Source of the DNA: Alphaproteobacteria bacterium
Lineage (GTDB): Bacteria > Pseudomonadota > Alphaproteobacteria > RF32 > CAG-239
Direction of reading: 5' to 3'
Assembly (NCBI GenBank): GCA_017464685.1
Contig: JAFTYO010000008.1
Coordinates: 53,820-117,819, forward strand
DNA length: 64,000 nt
Both the position numbers and the translations under genes were made by a program. A model generated the notes under the pieces. That model was not told where the DNA came from and did no database searches. It worked only from the letters and a program-made list of their open reading frames with translations. Below are positions 31,029-39,126 of the stretch, piece by piece. The first letter of the stretch is position 1, and each line of letters opens with the position of its first letter.

Positions 31029-34000
31029 TTAAAATAATGTTGCTCCGGATCCTGCCGTCGAATTGCTTGACGGAGGTGCCACAACATCTCCCGTTGATGG
31101 TGGCGGTGTTGTAGCATATGATGGCATTTGTTTTGGTGTAGATTTCTTTTGAGGTTCGTCATCTATTAATGCAACTCCTTCAGGTTCAGCATTAGATGAT
31201 TCTCCCCCATAAACCTCTATTTTGCTTCCGGAAGAACCTCCACCGGCTTTAGGAAGGTCTTTTTTATCTTCTTTTTTACCCTCATTACCGTCAATCAAAG
31301 GTCCTGGAGCAACACTTTCTTCTGCTGCCTCTTCTCGCTCACGTGCTGCCGTTCTTATCCATAAATCTACCTTAGGATAAATAATTAATCTGGTACCTGC
31401 CGGAACATATGATACTGCGGCAATATTAGTTTTACTTTCCAAAATTTGGTTAAATATCTCATTCATCCCTGTAATGAAGTTTTGACGTGCATCGCTTGCA
31501 GCATCAGCTCGCGCATCTTCTGTTGAGCCACCATTTCCGTCAGATTTATTTTCACCCGCTGCAGTAACAAATGCCAATGCACTTGTGAGAGTAGATGTAA
31601 CAATCGGTAATGTATATTTTTTGAGCAATTGTTCATCAATGTATCCCAAAGCTCCAGCTCTACCTTGTGCATCACCGGTTTGTGCAGAAGCAAATTCAAA
31701 CGCAGAACCATCCGGACGGATCAATCTTTCCCATGTTATATTAACTCTTACGGCACTGCCTGTTCCGCCTCCTCCATTGAAACCGCCCATTGTTCCCATC
31801 ACACGACTACCTGCAGGAATAACAATATTACGTCCTACTTCGGCATAGATATTTCTTTCAACAATGGCTGTTACAGGCACATTTTCAGCACCGGACATCA
31901 ATGTCCTTGCTAACACGGCCGGAATTGGTTTATCTGCCAAAATCATCTCACTCATATCAACACGCCATGTAGAAATTTTTCTGGGCACACCATCCCAATG
32001 CGTTTGCATGCCATCAAATGCTTCTTTGCTAAACTGTGTCGAAATTTTACCGATAGCTAATTCACTTCTCCTTAAATTTTGGTTTGCATCTAATATTTGT
32101 GCTCGCATCGGATCATACCTTTCACCGGCACCAAACCCCCCTCCGGGTCCTAAATTATTTGGTTGATTTCCTGTTCCATAAGCAGCACCATCACCAAAAC
32201 TTCCGCTAGGAATAAACATTTTATCTGCAGATGTGTTCTTAACTTCTTCAATCCCGACTAAAGCCCCATCATTATCTATAATCAATCCATCAGGCATTTT
32301 TTTGCCTATCATATTACCAAGTTTATCTATTACATCATTGTTTTGTAATATTTCCCCTAAATAGTTGCCATCCGGTGTCAACGCAATACCAATTGCTTTA
32401 AGCCCATATTTACCAGTAGCTTTTTCTGTTTCAATTTGCTGACTTATTTTTTCAGCTGGTTCAGGGGCACTCAATTCGCCCATTTTAATCTTGGTATCTT
32501 CTTCCTGTGTCTGTGTTTTTATAACAGGTTTTTGAATATTATAATATTGCAAATAAAAAGCTTTGGCAAACATCTTACCTTTTTCATTTCTGATATCACC
32601 ATTACTGTCAATTTTTCCTATAACTGAGTTTGTATTATCTACTATATCTCCATTTATTTGCAACTCACCTATGATTTCATTACTACGATTACGGATAAAA
32701 TAGTCTCTTGCACCTCTTCCGATAATATTATATTCTTTATCAATCAAAAATCCTCTATCAGCTTTACCTAAACGATTCCCCGAAAATCCTACCACACTTC
32801 CACCTTGAGTCAGATATCCGATTGCTTTATTGTTTTCATCATAAATATAGACATCATATAGAGCATAACCTATCTCTTTTCCTTCTGATACAACCTCTCC
32901 ATTATGAGTTACTTTTGCCAAAACTTTATTTTCATTACTTATAACTTCACCTAACCGATTAACTCTACCAATAAAATTATTTTCTTTATCAAAAGCAAAT
33001 TTATACTTAAAGGCCATACCGATGATCTTCTTTTTGTTTTGAGCTACGATATTTAAATTAGGTAATACATAACCGACAATTTCATTGTCTATATTCACAA
33101 CTTTACCTGACAACAATACTCGTCCAATCATAACATCATCATAATTTATCACCGGATCAGATGTAACGACCGCTCCTTTGAATGTATTATTAGAATCATA
33201 AAGTCTGCCATCACTCCTTATACAACCTAAATCAGCTTGTTCATAATTTAATACTCGACCTAAGGCAGTCACTGTTCCAAGATTGTTACCTCCGAAATCT
33301 GTAACCAAGCCCTTTAGTGGAATAAAACTATTCACTATTTGTGTATCGGAAACAACTTGACCATTTGTTAAGACTCTTCCAATTACAATATCTCGACTAT
33401 TACGAACATCTCCTCTCGGACTTACGACTCCTGAAAACTCACATGAATCATTAACGACACCTCTAAAACCGACTAACTTACCGATAATCGAGTTATCATT
33501 TCCTATTACTGTTTCGTTTTCAACAACAGAACCTATCTTATTTAATTGAAAATCATAAACAATACCGTCTCTTCTTACATATCCGAGCATATTTCCGTTA
33601 ATACCTACAGCTATTTGATTATTTCCGGCATATCCTATAATAGGCATCAAATTATCTTTTACATCATTTGTACTTTCAACTGCTTGATATTCAGGTATTA
33701 TTTTAGCAATCACCGTACCTGAATTATTTATAACCAAGTTATTTTGACCCAAATGTCCTAATGATTCCATTTGAAGAGACATAACATAATATGGATCTAT
33801 GTTATACCCAATCAAAAGATTTTGTTCATCTATAAGTTGCCCGAATTGTGTAAGTTTAACTTGTCTCTCGGTGGGCATACCCGATATTTTACCATCTACA
33901 TCAACATAGCCTTTTGCTAATCCAGCTTGATCATATACTGTTGTCAAACCGATTGCATTTCCTGTCAAAATATTATCACTTGAATATACATATCCAAAAG

Positions 34001-35255
34001 GTGATACTTTATATTTGATATTTTCTTTATTAAAATCAGCACCTATAAAATTCATTCCCAATATGGTATCAGATAAATTTATAATTTGCATAGGCTCCAT
34101 TCCGGCTCCAAGCATTCTGCCAATGTTATCAAAAACATATTGTCCCTTCACATATCCTACCAAAGTTCCCTTTGTTGATACTGCGGATCCACTGCGTAGA
34201 GCTATCGCACTTAAATTACCTAAATAATCAAAAACAGGACCGGCATATGTCACTTCTCCTATAGGAGCACCATCAATATTATACACAATACCTCTGGCTC
34301 CCACACTTCCTATAACATCTGTTGTTTTGACAATTTTACCATCAGGAATGACACGTCCCAGATATTTTCCATTAAAATCGGTAGCGGTTGCCGATATTTC
34401 AATAAAATAACCTATTACTTTACCCTTTGTATCAATAATCTTATTATCTGCCCGTAATCTGCCTACTGTTTCACCTTTATTTATTACTTCTCCGTTATAT
34501 GATATAAAACCAAGATATTTACCATATGTGTCTATAGTATACCCTCCAGTAATAACTTTTCCTACTATTTGATTGTCTTTATTGTATACATAACCATTTG
34601 CGTGCACACTTCCTATTACCTTAGCATCAAAATCCGTAACTTTTCCACCGGGAGCAACGCTGCCTATAAACTCTCCGGTTAGTGAAACAACCATTTTAGA
34701 TGATACTAATTTACCATCCAATACATAATCTGTTCCTGTATTTTTATATGCATATCCCATTGCGGAAACAAAACCGATGTTTTGACCCTCTATACTCACA
34801 TATAGTCCGTCACCGGTTAAACGCCCAATTGTATCTCCTTCATTGTTATATATTAATCCCGGATATAATACAGCACCTATTATGTTGTATGAATCATCAA
34901 CAACTAAGGCATTTGGTAAAGTTTTACCGATAATTTTTCCTGTAGGAAGACGTACCGTACCATCATTATTTACCTTACCTAAAAACTTATTATCATTGCC
35001 AATTGCAATACCTTGCGGAACAACTCCACCAATAATTTCATTATTATTATTTACAATAAAACTGTCTGCCGTTACTTTACCGATAATATCATTTTGCTTA
35101 CCGATAACTGAACCATCAGGAATCACGGTACCTATTATATCACCATTAAAATTTATGGCTGTAATTTCATTTGCATATGCATTTGATGCCATGTATACCG
35201 TCATCAATATAAATAATCCGGCAATTTTTAATGTTTTATGTAACATATTCAGCAC
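31029..35255 (-). CDS. virB10: Giant VirB10-family protein: N-terminal hydrophobic segment, about 970 aa of short Gly/Ile-Gly repeats, TrbI/VirB10 barrel domain, and a Pro/Ser-rich acidic tail
   Basis: 1408 aa. The GTG start at 35255 lies 6 nt after GGAGGA. Residues ~1095-1302 carry VirB10/TrbI hallmarks: IPAVLARTLMSGAENVPVTAIVERNIY, IPAGSRVMG, RVNITWERLIRPDGSAFEF, GDAQGRAGALGYID and YVPAGTRLIIYPKVDLWI. Residues ~30-1000 are repeats of the form ..G..IG.V...G.V.... Confidence 0.88.
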   Translation of the reverse strand: MLNMLHKTLKIAGLFILMTVYMASNAYANEITAINFNGDIIGTVIPDGSVIGKQNDIIGKVTADSFIVNNNNEIIGGVVPQGIAIGNDNKFLGKVNNDGTVRLPTGKIIGKTLPNALVVDDSYNIIGAVLYPGLIYNNEGDTIGRLTGDGLYVSIEGQNIGFVSAMGYAYKNTGTDYVLDGKLVSSKMVVSLTGEFIGSVAPGGKVTDFDAKVIGSVHANGYVYNKDNQIVGKVITGGYTIDTYGKYLGFISYNGEVINKGETVGRLRADNKIIDTKGKVIGYFIEISATATDFNGKYLGRVIPDGKIVKTTDVIGSVGARGIVYNIDGAPIGEVTYAGPVFDYLGNLSAIALRSGSAVSTKGTLVGYVKGQYVFDNIGRMLGAGMEPMQIINLSDTILGMNFIGADFNKENIKYKVSPFGYVYSSDNILTGNAIGLTTVYDQAGLAKGYVDVDGKISGMPTERQVKLTQFGQLIDEQNLLIGYNIDPYYVMSLQMESLGHLGQNNLVINNSGTVIAKIIPEYQAVESTNDVKDNLMPIIGYAGNNQIAVGINGNMLGYVRRDGIVYDFQLNKIGSVVENETVIGNDNSIIGKLVGFRGVVNDSCEFSGVVSPRGDVRNSRDIVIGRVLTNGQVVSDTQIVNSFIPLKGLVTDFGGNNLGTVTALGRVLNYEQADLGCIRSDGRLYDSNNTFKGAVVTSDPVINYDDVMIGRVLLSGKVVNIDNEIVGYVLPNLNIVAQNKKKIIGMAFKYKFAFDKENNFIGRVNRLGEVISNENKVLAKVTHNGEVVSEGKEIGYALYDVYIYDENNKAIGYLTQGGSVVGFSGNRLGKADRGFLIDKEYNIIGRGARDYFIRNRSNEIIGELQINGDIVDNTNSVIGKIDSNGDIRNEKGKMFAKAFYLQYYNIQKPVIKTQTQEEDTKIKMGELSAPEPAEKISQQIETEKATGKYGLKAIGIALTPDGNYLGEILQNNDVIDKLGNMIGKKMPDGLIIDNDGALVGIEEVKNTSADKMFIPSGSFGDGAAYGTGNQPNNLGPGGGFGAGERYDPMRAQILDANQNLRRSELAIGKISTQFSKEAFDGMQTHWDGVPRKISTWRVDMSEMILADKPIPAVLARTLMSGAENVPVTAIVERNIYAEVGRNIVIPAGSRVMGTMGGFNGGGGTGSAVRVNITWERLIRPDGSAFEFASAQTGDAQGRAGALGYIDEQLLKKYTLPIVTSTLTSALAFVTAAGENKSDGNGGSTEDARADAASDARQNFITGMNEIFNQILESKTNIAAVSYVPAGTRLIIYPKVDLWIRTAAREREEAAEESVAPGPLIDGNEGKKEDKKDLPKAGGGSSGSKIEVYGGESSNAEPEGVALIDDEPQKKSTPKQMPSYATTPPPSTGDVVAPPSSNSTAGSGATLF
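31350..31973 (-). other. TrbI/VirB10 C-terminal barrel domain within the giant VirB10
   Basis: Coordinates derive from my residue count (aa ~1095-1302) and are approximate to about 30 nt. Confidence 0.75.
32256..35168 (-). repeat. Coding repeat region of giant VirB10 (degenerate ~9-17-aa units, core G-x-x-[IVL]-G-x-[VIL])
   Basis: Seen directly in the translation, e.g. NGDIIGTVIPDGSVIGKQNDIIGKVTADSFIVNNNNEIIGGVVPQGIAIGNDNKFLGKVNNDGTV. Confidence 0.8.
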
Positions 35256-35256
35256 G

Positions 35257-38200
35257 TTAGTTCCTCCGATTTTGAGCTACTTCTTGCATTGCATAACCGG
35301 CCACCTGTTTATCTAAATTAACAAAGGAGCCATTACTTTTTAAATATCCTATTTCTTGACCATTAATACCTCTAACTCTTCCATTTGAGGATAAATAACC
35401 AAGATATTTACCATCAGAGGAAAGTATAGATATCCCTATTTTATAAATAGTTCCCATCACATTATTTTGATTATCAATCGCTAATCCTGATGATAAAACT
35501 TTTCCTATAATACTTCCGTCAAAAGATTTTATTTGGCCATCAAATAAAACAAAACCGACGACTTCATCTTGATTATTGATTACAATATCTCCACTTACAA
35601 TTTCACCAATAAATTTACCTTCCGTATTACTTACTTTACCGTCAGAATGAACATTTCCGATGATAATATTTTTGGTGTTTGATACGGTTCCATCAGGCAA
35701 TACAACGCCTATGACATTACCTCCAAAATCAATGACCGTTCCTCTTTTTAACACACTTATATTCTTATCTGTTGATCCTCCTGGAAGCACAAAAGTCATA
35801 AAAGACCCATTCAAACTCATAAGCTCACCGAGTTCATTGGTATAACCTTTATAATTTCCGAAAATATCAATCGCCGGCAGTTCTTCAACCCGCTCTCCCA
35901 GAATATTTTGTGTATCATCTAAAATCAATCCGCTACCATTTTCATAAGCAATAATTTTTCCTTGTTGATTTATAACATCGCCATTTGATAACACATAACC
36001 TAAATATGACCCATCATATCCTATAGCGGCACCGGATTTCACAATCGCTCCCATATACTGACCTTTATCATTAAACCATCTGCCACTTGAATCAGAATTT
36101 CCTATATTTTCACCAAACCTGTTTATAACTCTGCCGTCATAATTTATAAAACCTGATTTTTCACCATTGACATTCCTTACACTTCCCATTTGTAAAGGTT
36201 TTGCATTAAGTGAATTATAAAAACTGTAACCATCACCATAAACTTTATCAATGGCAACACCTTTGGAATCATAAACTTTTCCATCTGCAAAAATACGGCC
36301 AACTTCTTCAGAAGATGAGCTGATTACCCGATTATATTCCGGTAATGCTATACCTATAATACGATTCTTCTCACTGACAATGTATTTATGTAAAAGCATT
36401 TTTGCTCCCGGATAATCTTTTAGTACAAAAGTTCCGTCTTCTTTAAAAGTTGTCATCAGATTACCCTTCATATCAAAGATATAAAATTTATCTGACATTT
36501 TACCTAAATATGCTCCTTTAAAATCAAAAGCCTCACCGCTTGCCGCAACACAACCAACAGGTTTTGATGAAGCTATTACTTGTCCATTAGGATTCATCCT
36601 TCCGATAACTGAACCATTTGCAGCATATATTGCTTTGTATTCGGCAATTTTTCCTATCACTTCACCTTGCTCATTTAATACTGTACCATCCGGATTTGTA
36701 CAACCAACATAAGTGTCTTTATTTTTAACTACACCTTGCTCATTTGCCGCACCTAAGTAATTGCAGTGTTCATCAAATACTTTTCCTGTCTTCACGGGAT
36801 GTCCGACATAAATTCCTTTTTCATCATACACACTACCATCCATGTGTACCCTATATGGCATTGGTTTATTATTTTTGGTTACAATACCATCTTTGCCCAA
36901 CACTCCATTATTACTACATCCCCATCCTATAATCAATGACCCTTTAACGCCTTTACCGATATAGTTTGCTCCTGTATTGTCTTTTATCAATCCATTAGGA
37001 AGCATTCGACCAAATACTTGGCCCTCTTCATTTGTAATATCACCACTGGAGGAAACTATTCCTAAAACAGTTCCGTTCGGTCCTATCGGAACCAATTCGG
37101 TTTTTACTACCGAACCAATATATTCTTTTTCATAGGCAACTACATACCCATCTTTATCTAACACTCCGATAATGTTTCCATCTTTATCTATGGCATTTCC
37201 GTTTTCATCGATATATCCTATCACATTCCCGTTCTCGTCTACCATAATCGTGGCATAATCACCTGCTTTACCTATTGTATTACCCTCATTATCAACAATT
37301 GTTCCATCTTCTAGCATCTTACCGATTGTATTTCCGCTAAAATCTATAACATTACCGTTTTCATCAACATATCCGATTACATTACCGTTCTCATCATAAG
37401 CCATCCTTCTTGATTCACCGGCCTTACCTAATGCTTTATAAACATTATTATTTTCATCGACATAACCCAAAAGTGTGCCATTAGTACCAAATACTTCATT
37501 GTTTTCACCGACATACCCTATTACATTGCCATTTTCATCAAGTACAACATCGGCATATTCACCGGCCTTGCCGATAGTCTTTCCGTTTTCATCGACAATC
37601 GTTCCATCTTCTAGCATCTTACCTACGGTATTCCCGTTAAAATCAATTACATTACCGTTTTCATCAACATATCCGATTACATTACCGTTCTCATCATAAG
37701 CCAGTCTTCTTGCTTCTCCTTTGCGACCTAACTTTTCTTTATCTACTTTATAAGCTAAACCATTTTCATCTACATACCCGACAATATTACCCTCAGCATC
37801 TACAATAGAATTATCAGGCATTATAACACCGAGAACGTCACCGTTTTCATCAACTGCCGTACGGCCTGATTTACTGACATGACCTATCACATTACCGTTT
37901 ATATCTACAACTTCACCATCCTCATTTAGTCGCCCTATCACATTACCGTTTTGATCAACAACCGTTCCATCATCAAGGACTCTGCCTATTATATTTCCGT
38001 TGTCATCATAAACAAAACCGGCATCAATAGCTTTTCCTATAACATTGCCGTTTTCATCAACAACAGTTCCATCTGCCAATACTTTTCCAATTACATTACC
38101 CTTAAAATCAACTGCCGTACCATCCGGTGTAACAAAACCAACAATATTACCATTATCGTCATAAATGAGTTTTTTATTACCGGCAACACCTATAATATTG

Positions 38201-39126
38201 CCGTCGTTATCAACTACCAAACCGTCAGCATTAACTCTGCCAACAATATTACCATTCTCGTCTCTTACATATCCGTCATCATCTATGTATCCTAAAACAT
38301 TTCCATCAGGATCATAAGCAACTCTCATCTTTGATGTATCAGCGCTAACTCTTCCTATAACATTTCCGTTTTCATCAACAACTTCACCTTTTTCATTGAC
38401 TTTTCCTATAACATTTCCGTTTTCATCAACTACTGTTCCATCATCAAGGACTCTACCGATTATATTTCCGTTTGCATCTCTTACAACTTTTGCCCCGTTA
38501 GAATTTATAGGTAATGCTGTATCACAATAATTACAGTTTTCTTTTTCAATAGCACGTCCCTCAACCGGAACTTTTTGCGCTTTGGCATTAGATGCACTAA
38601 CATTTGTTTCATGCCATGAAACAATAAAATTATTTTGAACATTTCCCGAAACAACAGGAGCCCACTTCATTGTAACATTGCAAGTTTGGTTTCCTCTTAG
38701 TTCAGCACTTGTACAATTATCTTCAAAAACAAAACCATCAAAAGGCGGCTCTGCTAATTTAACAGATACAATCCTTATAGCTCCTTTTCCGTTTGTACCG
38801 ATTGTAAGCACATTTTGAGCTTCTGTCCCCAGAACTACTTGCCCCATTGATACCGGATTGGGTGTGGTTGTTATCGGATCTTCAACTTCTTCCATATCGT
38901 CAAACTCTATAGTTTCCATTAAAGCATCACCGGATTCTTCAATACCTAACACATCAGCATCATCCGAAAAAACAACCTCTTGTTCAACAACTTCTCCAGA
39001 ACCACTTGAAAACAGCAACAAAAGACCAAACAGAAAAACCACAAACGAAGTTATTCCAACTATTAATATAATTCGATTAGTCTTACGAACATAGCGTTCC
39101 GAAGATGTTAATACCTCTTTACTCAT
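35257..39126 (-). CDS. Membrane-anchored giant repeat protein encoded between virB9 and virB10 (no known T4SS counterpart)
   Basis: 1289 aa. Its ATG overlaps the virB9 stop (ATGA), and its stop TAA lies 1 nt before the virB10 GTG. Architecture: a short cytoplasmic N-terminus and one TM helix (IILIVGITSFVVFLFGLLLLF); an acidic linker; a putative Ig-like module (aa ~92-175); a highly regular D-E-N-G-N-V-I-G repeat array (aa ~210-665); then about 600 aa of degenerate repeats of the same type as in VirB10. Confidence 0.85.
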   Translation of the reverse strand: MSKEVLTSSERYVRKTNRIILIVGITSFVVFLFGLLLLFSSGSGEVVEQEVVFSDDADVLGIEESGDALMETIEFDDMEEVEDPITTTPNPVSMGQVVLGTEAQNVLTIGTNGKGAIRIVSVKLAEPPFDGFVFEDNCTSAELRGNQTCNVTMKWAPVVSGNVQNNFIVSWHETNVSASNAKAQKVPVEGRAIEKENCNYCDTALPINSNGAKVVRDANGNIIGRVLDDGTVVDENGNVIGKVNEKGEVVDENGNVIGRVSADTSKMRVAYDPDGNVLGYIDDDGYVRDENGNIVGRVNADGLVVDNDGNIIGVAGNKKLIYDDNGNIVGFVTPDGTAVDFKGNVIGKVLADGTVVDENGNVIGKAIDAGFVYDDNGNIIGRVLDDGTVVDQNGNVIGRLNEDGEVVDINGNVIGHVSKSGRTAVDENGDVLGVIMPDNSIVDAEGNIVGYVDENGLAYKVDKEKLGRKGEARRLAYDENGNVIGYVDENGNVIDFNGNTVGKMLEDGTIVDENGKTIGKAGEYADVVLDENGNVIGYVGENNEVFGTNGTLLGYVDENNNVYKALGKAGESRRMAYDENGNVIGYVDENGNVIDFSGNTIGKMLEDGTIVDNEGNTIGKAGDYATIMVDENGNVIGYIDENGNAIDKDGNIIGVLDKDGYVVAYEKEYIGSVVKTELVPIGPNGTVLGIVSSSGDITNEEGQVFGRMLPNGLIKDNTGANYIGKGVKGSLIIGWGCSNNGVLGKDGIVTKNNKPMPYRVHMDGSVYDEKGIYVGHPVKTGKVFDEHCNYLGAANEQGVVKNKDTYVGCTNPDGTVLNEQGEVIGKIAEYKAIYAANGSVIGRMNPNGQVIASSKPVGCVAASGEAFDFKGAYLGKMSDKFYIFDMKGNLMTTFKEDGTFVLKDYPGAKMLLHKYIVSEKNRIIGIALPEYNRVISSSSEEVGRIFADGKVYDSKGVAIDKVYGDGYSFYNSLNAKPLQMGSVRNVNGEKSGFINYDGRVINRFGENIGNSDSSGRWFNDKGQYMGAIVKSGAAIGYDGSYLGYVLSNGDVINQQGKIIAYENGSGLILDDTQNILGERVEELPAIDIFGNYKGYTNELGELMSLNGSFMTFVLPGGSTDKNISVLKRGTVIDFGGNVIGVVLPDGTVSNTKNIIIGNVHSDGKVSNTEGKFIGEIVSGDIVINNQDEVVGFVLFDGQIKSFDGSIIGKVLSSGLAIDNQNNVMGTIYKIGISILSSDGKYLGYLSSNGRVRGINGQEIGYLKSNGSFVNLDKQVAGYAMQEVAQNRRN
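37120..37719 (-). repeat. Tandem duplication of a 300-bp (100-aa) super-repeat
   Basis: 37301-37410 aligns with 37601-37710 at an exact 300-bp offset. 37349-37403 and 37649-37703 are identical over about 55 nt. At protein level, GEARRLAYDENGNVIGYVDENGNVIDFNGNTVGKMLEDGTIVDENGKTIGKAG matches GESRRMAYDENGNVIGYVDENGNVIDFSGNTIGKMLEDGTIVDNEGNTIGKAG. Confidence 0.9.
37132..38499 (-). repeat. Highly regular coding repeat array (core DxNGN[VI][IVL]G)
   Basis: I count at least two dozen G-N-x-[IVL]-G cores by eye between aa ~210 and ~665. Confidence 0.85.

Noticed and set aside
37132-38499. Highly periodic nucleotide repeats that could be mistaken for a CRISPR array or a satellite
   Set aside because: The period is in-frame (multiples of 3), the region lies inside a long uninterrupted ORF, and there are no conserved direct repeats separated by unique spacers. 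These are coding repeats.
31029-39126. The 1289-aa and 1408-aa ORFs as two halves of one frameshifted giant virB10 pseudogene
   Set aside because: - The downstream ORF has its own strong GGAGGA ribosome-binding site 6 nt before a GTG start, and its own hydrophobic N-terminal segment.
- The two ORFs are in different frames, separated by TAA-C-GTG. This is a typical translational-coupling junction.
- Both are intact over more than 3.8 kb each.
- A historical split of one ancestral gene cannot be excluded, and resequencing of 35240-35270 would settle it.
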